From contig SUPR01000005.1 in assembly GCA_005191425.1 (NCBI GenBank), forward strand, positions 33,610-65,609: a DNA stretch of 32,000 nucleotides, read 5' to 3'. Made by a program: the position numbers and the translations under genes. The DNA is from Candidatus Helarchaeota ASGARD archaeon Hel_GB_B. GTDB lineage: Archaea > Asgardarchaeota > Lokiarchaeia > Helarchaeales > HEL-GB-B. The notes under the pieces were generated by a model, which was given only the letters and a program-made list of their open reading frames with translations, made no database searches and was not told the origin of the DNA. Below, piece after piece: positions 18,760 through 27,428 of the stretch; positions within the stretch are counted from its first letter, which is position 1; each line of letters opens with the position of its first letter.

Positions 18760-20010
18760 TTATATTGATCTGGGGTCTGTTATTTCTCCTTTTATTGAAC
18801 TTGCTGCAACTGTTGCTGAATTTGCTAAATATATCTTAGCCTTTTTGCTACCTTGTCTTCCAATGAAATTTCTATTTGAGGAAGATAACGAAACTTCTCC
18901 TGGAGCTAGAACTCCGTATGCTCCGATACAAGGGCCACAACTGGGATAGTTCAAAAAAGCCCCTGCTTCAATTAAAATTTTAATTATTCCTTGGTCTAAG
19001 GCTTTTAAATAAATTTCTTGGGATGCTGGGACTATAATTAGTCTAGTATCTGGGTGGATTCTTTTATTTTTAAGTATTTTAGCAGCAATTTCCAAATCTT
19101 CAAAACGTCCATTTGTACAGCTGCCGATAAATGCTTGATCGATTTTTATTCCTTCTACTTCATTTACTGACACTGAATTTTCGGGACTATGTGGTTTTGC
19201 AACTTGTGGGTCGAGGTCTGATAAATCATAATCAAATTTCTTTTCATATATGGCATTTTCATCACTTTTTATGATTTTAAAGGGTTTCTTGACGCGGTTT
19301 TTTAGCCAATTCAATGTTTTATTATCAGGTTCCATTATTCCCGCTTTAGCACCCATTTCAATTGCCATATTACTAATAGTCATCCTACTATCTATACTTA
19401 AGTTGGAGATTACACTTCCTTTAAATTCTACAGATTTATAATTAGCCCCTTCAACTCCTATTTCACTTATCAATTTTAATATAACATCTTTTCCATAGAC
19501 CATTGGTTTTAACTTACCAGTTAGGTTAAAAAGAATTGTTTCAGGGACTTTAAACCATAATTCCCCAGTAGCAAGTAAAATTGCAGCATCTGTAGAGCCA
19601 ACTCCTGTAGAAAACGCACCAAAAGCGCCATAAGTGCATGTATGACTGTCTGTCCCTACAATAAGTGCCCCTGGCCACGCAAAACCCTTCTCCGGAATAA
19701 CTTGGTGACAAATTCCCTGGTTCCATCCTAACCAATTTTTAATGCCGTGTTTTTTTACAAACTCTCGCTCATTCTTATCAATTATTGCAGTATCTATATT
19801 TGCAGGAGGTATCCAATGGTCCAAAAGTGCAACTATTTTGTCTGAATTTTTTATTTCGTTGACCTCTATTTCATTAAAAATATCTATTACTCTCATACCT
19901 AACATTTCATGCATCATAATTATATCTACATTTGCATTGATAATTTCGCCAGGTTCAACTTTTTCTTTATTAGAATGGGAAGCTAAAATTTTCTCGGATA
20001 TAGTTGACAT
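18760..20010 (-). CDS. leuC: 3-isopropylmalate dehydratase/homoaconitase family large subunit
   Basis: DH, GICHQV, GTDSHTCTYGA, FIGSCTNGR, CGPCIG, SNRNFIGRQG. Start placed at ATG 20010 (GGTGA SD) rather than 20022. LeuC versus HacA cannot be resolved by eye. Confidence 0.9.
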   Translation of the reverse strand: MSTISEKILASHSNKEKVEPGEIINANVDIIMMHEMLGMRVIDIFNEIEVNEIKNSDKIVALLDHWIPPANIDTAIIDKNEREFVKKHGIKNWLGWNQGICHQVIPEKGFAWPGALIVGTDSHTCTYGAFGAFSTGVGSTDAAILLATGELWFKVPETILFNLTGKLKPMVYGKDVILKLISEIGVEGANYKSVEFKGSVISNLSIDSRMTISNMAIEMGAKAGIMEPDNKTLNWLKNRVKKPFKIIKSDENAIYEKKFDYDLSDLDPQVAKPHSPENSVSVNEVEGIKIDQAFIGSCTNGRFEDLEIAAKILKNKRIHPDTRLIIVPASQEIYLKALDQGIIKILIEAGAFLNYPSCGPCIGAYGVLAPGEVSLSSSNRNFIGRQGSKKAKIYLANSATVAASSIKGEITDPRSI

Positions 20011-20022
20011 TTTTTCACCCAT

Positions 20023-20532
20023 TTATTTTTTTAATCTTTTTTTAATTGCAGGTATCGCTCCACCTGCTTGAATTAAATCTAATAAAAATTGCGGTAATTT
20101 TGTTCCAACAAAAGTTTGTTCGGTATTTATATTCTTTACAGTTCCGGAAATAAAATCAACTTCAGCAAATTGACCAGTTTTAAAATTGTTAGAGATATCT
20201 TTTATTTCAAGTAATGGAATACCTAAATTTATAGCATTTCTAAAAAATATCCTAGCAAAAGATTCAGCTATAATTGCTCCAATACCTAATGTCTTTAGAA
20301 CTGAAGGCGCTTCTTCTCTACTTGAACCACACCCAAAATTCTTACCTGCAATTATAATATCTCCTTTTCTAAACTTTTTAGCAAAATCTTCATTAATTGG
20401 TTCAAATGTATGTGATGCCATAGAAACTGGGGCTCTAATTGTAAGATATCTTCCCGGAATAATAATGTCTGTATCTATATTATTTCCAAATACCCAGACT
20501 TTACCTTTTATTGAATTTTTTACTTCTGACAT
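20023..20532 (-). CDS. leuD: 3-isopropylmalate dehydratase/homoaconitase family small subunit
   Basis: GNNIDTDIIIPGRYL, AGKNFGCGSSRE, SFARIFFRNAINLG. Start placed at ATG 20532 (MSEVKNS). LeuD versus HacB not resolved. Confidence 0.9.
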   Translation of the reverse strand: MSEVKNSIKGKVWVFGNNIDTDIIIPGRYLTIRAPVSMASHTFEPINEDFAKKFRKGDIIIAGKNFGCGSSREEAPSVLKTLGIGAIIAESFARIFFRNAINLGIPLLEIKDISNNFKTGQFAEVDFISGTVKNINTEQTFVGTKLPQFLLDLIQAGGAIPAIKKRLKK

Positions 20533-21014
20533 ATATATCAAACCTATTGATAAATGATGTAAATCACTCTCTAATTTACTACTTTTTAAATCCTTTCTTA
20601 TCATAAATAAGTTTCCAATATATTTCATTTTAATAATTAATTTATGATTATTTCTTGAAATAATAATTAAAATAAATTAAATTAACTTTATTTTTAATTG
20701 AATTTTTTTTAAATTGAACAAAATAAAAACTGATTATTCTACTGAGAAATAATTTATAAATTTAAAATAATTGATCATTATAAATTATAATTAATTACTT
20801 CATTTACTGCCATTTGAGAAAAAATATTTTAAAATTAAAGGAGTTTGGTCATTTATTAAAGGCTGAAAATATTTAAAAAGCGTCATTTAAGAATTTATTA
20901 ACTCTATAAAATATTACAAATAAATGTATAATTAAACTTTTCGAGAAAGAAAATTTTTATATTTTTACATTTAAGTCGGAAAAGAGTTAAACTAAATATA
21001 TATAGAAATGACTC

Positions 21015-21066
21015 AATATGATAAATCATATTTGGAGATGCAATTTCTAGCGAGAAATTTTTATAT
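21015..21066 (+). promoter_or_regulatory. Histone promoter: 8-2-8 palindrome (21015-21032) + BRE/TATA CGAGAAA-TTTTTATA (21051-21065)
   Basis: AATATGAT-AA-ATCATATT read directly; a similar CGAGAAA..TTTTTATAT copy sits at 20942-20962. Confidence 0.5.
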
Positions 21067-21130
21067 TCTTTATGTCCATATATTTTATAATTATTATTTA
21101 ATTAGTAAATAAAATTCGAGGGTTTTGTTA

Positions 21131-21364
21131 GTGTCTAAAAAATCTAAAGAAGAAGTTAAGGTAATAACAAAAACTGCGCTTAGAAGGTTAATGAAAAATG
21201 AAGCATTGGCTGATATAGTTTCAGCAGATGCTGTTCTTAGACTATTAGACCATCTACAGGATCTAGCCATTGATACAACCAAAAAAGCTATAAAAATTGC
21301 TGAAAATGCAAAGAGAAAAACTGTTACTAAAGATGATATTAAATTAGCTATTAGAACTCCATAA
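21131..21364 (+). CDS. Archaeal histone-fold protein with short Lys-rich N-terminal extension
   Basis: ALRRLMK..IVSADAV..AENAKRKTVTKDDIKLA histone-fold signature; GTG 21131 follows SD GAGGG (alternative TTG 21125); T-rich tract after the stop. Confidence 0.92.
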   Translation: MSKKSKEEVKVITKTALRRLMKNEALADIVSADAVLRLLDHLQDLAIDTTKKAIKIAENAKRKTVTKDDIKLAIRTP

Positions 21365-21476
21365 TAAAATTATTTCCCTCTCTTTTTTTTGTATTGAAAA
21401 CTTTAAATCTTATTATTATTATTATAAATAAGAATTTTAAAAGTATTTCACCATCCAAATAAAATAATAATTTACT

Positions 21477-22139
21477 TTGAACCAATTAAATAGCTTGATT
21501 AAAATGCTTGATGAAAATTCATTGGTAAAAAAAATCAAAACTTTATTAAAAAACAGTAAAATCAAAAAAATTGTCAACTCTAAAATACAAGAGTTTAAAG
21601 AACTTGGAAAATCATCAAATGAAGCCATTTTTAATGAATTATGTTTTTGTATATTGACAGCAAATTATAACGCTGAAAAAGCAATAAAAATACAACAGGA
21701 AATTGGAAATGGATTTTTTAGTGATAAAGATATTATCACCAAATTGAGATCGTTAGGATATAGATATCCTAATTTAAGAGGAAAATATATTATTGAAGCT
21801 AGAAAAATTATAGACAAATTAAATGATATAATAAATTCTTTAAAGGGCCAAGAATTAAGAAATTGGTTTGTACAAAATATTAAGGGACTTGGTTATAAGG
21901 AGGCGAGCCATTTCCTACGAAATATAGGTTTTACTGATTTTGCTATCATAGATTTTCATATTATTGATATACTTGTTAAAAATAAGTTAATAGAGAAACC
22001 GACTTCAAAAAGTCTAAGCAAAAGAAAATACTTGGAAATTGAGAGTGTTTTAAAAAATTTAGCTGATCAATTAGGTATTACTTTAGCAGAATTAGACCTT
22101 TATCTTTGGTATTTAGAAACCAATAAAATTTTAAAATAA
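21477..22139 (+). CDS. ogg: N-glycosylase/DNA lyase (archaeal 8-oxoguanine glycosylase)
   Basis: ELCFCILTAN, HhH motif IKGLGYKEASHFLRNIG, AIIDFHI, LDLYLWYLETNKILK. Start is TTG 21477 or ATG 21504. Confidence 0.92.
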   Translation: MNQLNSLIKMLDENSLVKKIKTLLKNSKIKKIVNSKIQEFKELGKSSNEAIFNELCFCILTANYNAEKAIKIQQEIGNGFFSDKDIITKLRSLGYRYPNLRGKYIIEARKIIDKLNDIINSLKGQELRNWFVQNIKGLGYKEASHFLRNIGFTDFAIIDFHIIDILVKNKLIEKPTSKSLSKRKYLEIESVLKNLADQLGITLAELDLYLWYLETNKILK

Positions 22140-22162
22140 TTGAAAGAAAATTTATTTTTTTT

Positions 22163-22236
22163 ATTCGGATATCGATTGCGATTGCAATTCGATATTAATC
22201 TATTATTTCATTTTTATATAATTGATTTTTCCGAAT
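22163..22236. other. Structured element between convergent genes: hairpin 22169-22195 plus ATTCGGA/TCCGAAT complementarity
   Basis: ATATCG-ATTGC-gatt-GCAAT-T-CGATAT read directly; 22163-22169 is complementary to 22230-22236. Confidence 0.55.
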
Positions 22237-22601
22237 TATATAGAGCAAATATCTTTTCCTGACAATTTAATGATCGGTGCTTCTACCATTACCAATTTTT
22301 TATAGACATACCAATCACTGACTCCAATTAAAATTTCGTCGTCATTAATCAATTTTTCTGCTGATTTATTTATATAAATCGAACATCCATTAAATTTTGA
22401 TATTTCTCGAAACTCTTTATCTTTTGTTATTTTTTATTGTTCAGCAATTGATATTCCTATTGTTAGGTAGGTTATACTTCAAATCTTTATAAAATCGCCA
22501 TAAATTCCAATTGCGTATGGGCATTTTATATTTTCTTCTTGAAACTCCTTAATTTTTTGTGAAACATAATTTTCAGCATTTGTAGTGAATTTTATATTCA
22601 T
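22236..22601 (-). pseudogene. HesB-like / CC-Se-motif-like small protein with in-frame TGA (22479-22481) and TAA (22434-22436); not in ORF track
   Basis: Hand translation MNIKFTTNAENYVSQKIKEFQEENIKCPYAIGIYGDFIKI*SITYLTIGISIAEQ*KITKDKEFREISKFNGCSIYINKSAEKLINDDEILIGVSDWYVYKKLVMVEAPIIKLSGKDICSI. It fills the ogg-DUF2240 gap. Family assignment is by recalled pattern only. Confidence 0.65.
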
Positions 22602-22694
22602 AAGATATTTTTTTAAAATCAGTTTGAAAGTTTTTAAGAAATAATTTCAAAATAGATATAAAACAGTAAAAAATACAAAAAAGGAGATTATTAA

Positions 22695-23258
22695 TTGGAA
22701 ATTGATAAGAAAATTGTTAAAGGAATAACATTACCTTTTAGAATGTTTAATAAGAATTCTCTAAAATTAGATGAATATGTATATGCATTAAGTTTAAAAG
22801 TTTTTGACAAATGTAATATAGACACTGCAAGAAAAATTACTAATTATTCAATACAGAAGAATTGGTTGAAAAAAGAAAACAATTCAATTATTTTAAATGT
22901 CCCAATAAATCCAATAAATGAACTAATATTTAATTTACCGATAAATTTGGATTTTTTTAAGGATATAGAAATGATAGAATTAATCCCATTACCCCAGATT
23001 GAACCTTTTAAACCTGTTTACAAAAAAATAAAAAATGGTGCATTTCAAAAGGATACGACAAAAAAAGAGAAACAGAAAAAAGATATTAAAAAAGAAGAGA
23101 AAATAAAGAAAGTAGTAGATGTGAAAAAGAAAACTCCTAAAAGTACTAAGAAAAAATCCGAGCCAGAACAAAAATCCAAGAAATCTCCTAAAAAAACGAC
23201 AAAAAAACAATTAAAGCAAAAGGATAAACCAAAAACATTAGATTCCTTTTTCAAATAA
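22695..23258 (+). CDS. DUF2240-like N-terminal domain + Lys-rich tail ending in a PIP-box-like motif
   Basis: ITLPFR..LKLDEYVYALSL..ARKI..WL pattern; low-complexity basic tail; C-terminal KTLDSFFK; TTG start with AAGGAG SD. Confidence 0.7.
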   Translation: MEIDKKIVKGITLPFRMFNKNSLKLDEYVYALSLKVFDKCNIDTARKITNYSIQKNWLKKENNSIILNVPINPINELIFNLPINLDFFKDIEMIELIPLPQIEPFKPVYKKIKNGAFQKDTTKKEKQKKDIKKEEKIKKVVDVKKKTPKSTKKKSEPEQKSKKSPKKTTKKQLKQKDKPKTLDSFFK

Positions 23259-23266
23259 ATTAAATT

Positions 23267-24253
23267 TCAATCAGCTACTTCTACTTTCTGACACACCAGT
23301 TCAGCTGCCTTTACATCAAAATAAAATCGAAGTTGTTTATTGATATGACCAATACAAAATGCAATAAGTTCGGGTCTATTACATGTAAACCTAACTTCTT
23401 GTCCATCTTCTGTTCTGAAAGTAATATCATTTTTTAATATTTTTTTAATCCAGCCTTCTACGGTGATAGATTTTCCTTCGATCTCTTTTTTTTCGATTTC
23501 CTTTTTCTTAATTTTTTTCTCATCTTTTTTTAATTCAGGTGATTGAGAAATTGTCCTATCTTCTTTAATTAATTCTAAAACTTCTGATAAATCTATGTAT
23601 GTCTTTCCTTTATTACTTGGTTTGCGTGTTTCTTCCTGCTCTACCGTTTCACTGGTCAAGGTCTTGGGAATTTTTTCCATTAATTGGTTAAAATCATCAA
23701 TTCGGTCAAGTTGAGTACTTATAATTGTCTTTATTTCATTTGGTACCTTCCAAATAATCTGATTACCAATAATCTCTGAAGTAATTAATTGATAATTGTT
23801 TTGTAATTCCCCTAATAATTGTGTATAATCAATATTTGAGATTGAAACTTGTGAACAATATTTTTTTAATGTATCAAGGTCAATCTTATCTACTGAAGTT
23901 AATATTTTTAAAATAGTCCATGCATCTTCTTTATATATGCGTAAAACTCTGTCTAAATCAGCTAAAACTCGATCAGAAGAATCTTGCTGTATGTAGAGAT
24001 GATTATTCTTAAATGTATAATATTGTCCTTTAAACGGGAAAACAACAGGTAATCCATTTAAAATCTTTGAAAGTTCACTATCAGTTAATAAATATGCCGC
24101 TTCTTGGAATGTATTGACTTTTTTCAAGTCATTTTCTTCCATTCTTTGGTTCATAAATTTTATAGATGCATCTTCACCAAGGCTATCATAGTAAAAACAA
24201 TGTTTTAGTAGAAGAATCCTTTCATGAATCCGTTCATCATCATTCAATGCCAT
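23267..24253 (-). CDS. Hypothetical protein (putative central winged helix, C-terminal beta domain)
   Basis: 328-aa ORF with ATG start; no family recognised with confidence. Confidence 0.7.
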   Translation of the reverse strand: MALNDDERIHERILLLKHCFYYDSLGEDASIKFMNQRMEENDLKKVNTFQEAAYLLTDSELSKILNGLPVVFPFKGQYYTFKNNHLYIQQDSSDRVLADLDRVLRIYKEDAWTILKILTSVDKIDLDTLKKYCSQVSISNIDYTQLLGELQNNYQLITSEIIGNQIIWKVPNEIKTIISTQLDRIDDFNQLMEKIPKTLTSETVEQEETRKPSNKGKTYIDLSEVLELIKEDRTISQSPELKKDEKKIKKKEIEKKEIEGKSITVEGWIKKILKNDITFRTEDGQEVRFTCNRPELIAFCIGHINKQLRFYFDVKAAELVCQKVEVAD

Positions 24254-24330
24254 AAAATGGTCACACTAAAATACTATTATATCAGTTCTATTAAAATTAT
24301 TTTACAGAAAAACTTTTTGTTTTTTAAAGA

Positions 24331-26424
24331 TTATTGTATTTCTTTTATTCTTTTTTTACGATAATCATCTAGTATATTTGATAATTCTTTTTCTTTTTCT
24401 TGTAATAATAAATTTTCCCGTTTTTTTATCCATTTTTTATAGACTAAATCAAATTTTTTTCTATTTATAAGAATATAATCATTAATTCTATATATATCAA
24501 ATTCAGAAGAGGGAATTGCAATAACGTTATGTTTAATAAAAGCCTGTTCTGCTCCATGTGTCATATTACTTATTTTTGAATTATAAATTATACACTTTAC
24601 GCCCCGTTCTATTAATGTAAGAGCAGTATTAGAGCCTCCGCCACTTATATTATCTATATAAATTATCTCATTTATGATTTTAGTATTTAAAATTGTATCT
24701 GTAGAAAAGTTTGGGATAATTTGAATATTATAAAATTTATCCATTAGATTCAATTCTTCTAAAAATGTAGAATGCTTGTCTCTATATGTAATTTCATTTT
24801 GTAATTCTTTAATTTTATATTCTTGTTTATGAATCTGCTTTTTCAAACTAGAAATTTCGTTAAGGAGCGAATTAATATATCGTTCTTTACGAAATTCTTT
24901 ATATTGTTCACTTTTCAGAATATCTATAGTGTGTTTGAGTTGGTCTATTTCCACATTTTTTTCTTTTAATGATTTAATTTCAGATTTATATCTATGTATT
25001 TTATTTAATAAAATTGTATTCTGGTTATAAAGCCGTTTAATTCTATTTTCTAAAACATAATATTGTTTATTATATTTTTCAATTTTAGTAATAACTGATT
25101 CAGAGGAATCATTCTGTTTAGATGATTCATTATTCAGGGAAGGTGAAGCCAGAGAAATAGCATCAAAAATTGAATAACCTTTTATAATATATTTTTTTAC
25201 TTCATCAGCATTAACTTTATTTTGAAGGTTCATTTCGTGTATTCTCAAGTCCACCTTTTTAAACCGTTTCTCAAAAAATTGGTATGCTTTTATGGCGGAT
25301 ACTAACGCGTCTCTTTCATGGGCATTTTCTATTTTTATGTTAGAATTATGTGATTTAAGGAATGTATTTACCAATTCATGTTTCTCAGGGATTTTTAATA
25401 CTTTTTTAGGATGATATATAAGAGCTTGAGACAAATTTGCAAATTTTTCAACAAAACGTGGTATTTTTATAATATCTGTACCAACAACGGATGGAATTCC
25501 ATAATTATTAAATATTAACTTTCTTAAGTCATTTCTACTCATTTGTTTTTTACTAAAAATATCAAGAATATTTCCTTTTAGGTCTAATATTGCCACACCA
25601 ATCGTTATGCCTGGATCCAGACCTATTATTAAACTTTTTGACTTCGTAAGTGGAGCACTAGCCCCAGATAATGGTATAAATTCTACTTGGTTCTTTTTAA
25701 TAGGGCTTATTTTTATTTTTATTTTTGGAGTAAAAACCGGTCTAATTAATGTATAAATGGACTGATAGTCCGAATATACAAGAAAATGACTATAATCTAG
25801 TCCATATTCATTTTTTCTAAAAGATAAATCATAATCTATTTTATTTTTTTCTAATAAACTTTGAATCTCTCTAGAAATATTTAAAATTCTACCAGTTAGA
25901 TCTCTTTTATATCTATTTGCACTTTGTCCTCCTCTTCCTGGAATTTTTGCTGTTGAGACAGTAATCTTAGTTTCATCTTTATAGAGATTAATTAGATAAC
26001 CTATTTTTTTCCTTACTAATTCTATACATACTTTAGCAGATTCTAGTGGATTTGTATAGTCCGTTTTTATATTATTTTGTTGTGCAATAATCTTCAAAGG
26101 CTTTAAAGTATTTGGAATAGCAGGATTACCGGTTACTTGGACTATTTTTATTCCAATAGGTAAATCCTTTATAATATGATATAATTCGCTATTATTTTTT
26201 ACTAATTCAAAAATGTTATCGATAGCTAAATAATTTACATTATATTTATTTAAATACTCAAATAATTTCTTTTTTCTAACATTTTTTTTCTCAAAAATTG
26301 ATAAATCTTCTTGAAATATTGCAAGGGAATAAGTGGGTGGTGATTTACTTAGCGGTGAATTCATTGGCTCTATATCAATTCCCGCATAAATATTCAATTT
26401 TTTTGATGATGATATATTAACCAC
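24331..26424 (-). CDS. DUF460 (COG2433-like) RNase H-fold + coiled-coil protein
   Basis: Two RNase-H-like starts (YAGIDI, IIGLDPGITIGVAILDLKG), NAHERDAL, long coiled coil; GTG start. Confidence 0.88.
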   Translation of the reverse strand: MVNISSSKKLNIYAGIDIEPMNSPLSKSPPTYSLAIFQEDLSIFEKKNVRKKKLFEYLNKYNVNYLAIDNIFELVKNNSELYHIIKDLPIGIKIVQVTGNPAIPNTLKPLKIIAQQNNIKTDYTNPLESAKVCIELVRKKIGYLINLYKDETKITVSTAKIPGRGGQSANRYKRDLTGRILNISREIQSLLEKNKIDYDLSFRKNEYGLDYSHFLVYSDYQSIYTLIRPVFTPKIKIKISPIKKNQVEFIPLSGASAPLTKSKSLIIGLDPGITIGVAILDLKGNILDIFSKKQMSRNDLRKLIFNNYGIPSVVGTDIIKIPRFVEKFANLSQALIYHPKKVLKIPEKHELVNTFLKSHNSNIKIENAHERDALVSAIKAYQFFEKRFKKVDLRIHEMNLQNKVNADEVKKYIIKGYSIFDAISLASPSLNNESSKQNDSSESVITKIEKYNKQYYVLENRIKRLYNQNTILLNKIHRYKSEIKSLKEKNVEIDQLKHTIDILKSEQYKEFRKERYINSLLNEISSLKKQIHKQEYKIKELQNEITYRDKHSTFLEELNLMDKFYNIQIIPNFSTDTILNTKIINEIIYIDNISGGGSNTALTLIERGVKCIIYNSKISNMTHGAEQAFIKHNVIAIPSSEFDIYRINDYILINRKKFDLVYKKWIKKRENLLLQEKEKELSNILDDYRKKRIKEIQ

Positions 26425-26445
26425 CCAAATAGATGTAATATATTC

Positions 26446-27324
26446 TTATATTTCAAATTTATCAAAAATTTCTTTTTTATCAATAATAATATTAAATTTT
26501 CTTCTAAAAAAATTTAGAATATTAAATATGTCTCTTTTTAAATAAAATAAATACTGTGGATGATCGGCAGAAATCCACTGTGGAAAATCGAAAATTAATA
26601 GTTTTTGTTCGTTTAATATCATTATATTAAATTCACTTAAATCCGAATGAATAATATTAAAATTTTTAAATGCTAAATAAATAAAGTCTAGAATTTTATT
26701 TAAAACTTTATTCGGTGTTTTTAAATAATTAATATTTGCTAATAATTTTCCGTTCATAAAACTCATTACAATAATATGTCTATTGTGAAAAATTGGTCTT
26801 GGGACTGGAAGGCCTCCTTTATGCAAAATTTTCAATGCCTCAAACTCTTTACTTGCAGATAAACGAGATATATATAACCAACTTATATGTCTTCTGTCTT
26901 CAATATAATTTCTATAACGTCTGACATTATGAAAACTTGTTTTTCCAATTCTGTGTATTTTTACAGCTGCGCGTTCTTTACTATTTGACAATAAAACATC
27001 ATAAACATCTGCTTCTTTTCCAACACCCAATTTATTTCCAAATGCTTCTATTATATCTGCTTTTATAAGTGCATTTAAAGCCAGACAATCGTATCCGTCC
27101 ATTTTTAATTTATAACCGATAAATTTGTTTTTTTGCATTTCGATAAGTTTATAATTCAACAGTCTATTGAGATAAAAATTAACGTCTTCTTTTGTATAAC
27201 CAGAATAAGTAAAAATTGCAGATAAAGGCACATATTGATATTTTTTCATGCCACGTTCAATTGAATTTAAAATATGATAATCTCCGTTTCTCAATTGTTT
27301 TATAGTCTCCAGAACCTTAATCAA
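26446..27324 (-). CDS. rio2: RIO2 atypical Ser/Thr kinase
   Basis: N-terminal wHTH with GYDCLAL, GVGKEADVY, KIHRIGKTSF, IIHSDLSEFNI, FDFPQW; TTG start with GGTGA SD. Confidence 0.93.
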   Translation of the reverse strand: MIKVLETIKQLRNGDYHILNSIERGMKKYQYVPLSAIFTYSGYTKEDVNFYLNRLLNYKLIEMQKNKFIGYKLKMDGYDCLALNALIKADIIEAFGNKLGVGKEADVYDVLLSNSKERAAVKIHRIGKTSFHNVRRYRNYIEDRRHISWLYISRLSASKEFEALKILHKGGLPVPRPIFHNRHIIVMSFMNGKLLANINYLKTPNKVLNKILDFIYLAFKNFNIIHSDLSEFNIMILNEQKLLIFDFPQWISADHPQYLFYLKRDIFNILNFFRRKFNIIIDKKEIFDKFEI

Positions 27325-27428
27325 GATCTCACCATTGTTTTCATCTTAACTTCTTAGATTAATATAGATAAAAATTAAAAATTAAGAAGCCATTTTCACA
27401 TATTAATAGGTGCGAGAAAATAAAATTG

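Noticed and set aside
20533-20628. N-terminal extension of leuD in the ORF track
   Set aside because: The family N-terminus begins near IKGKVWVFG; ATG 20532 gives the normal length.
23041-23240. A-rich low-complexity stretch as a tandem repeat or CRISPR
   Set aside because: It is explained by Lys-rich coding sequence; there is no fixed repeat unit or spacers.
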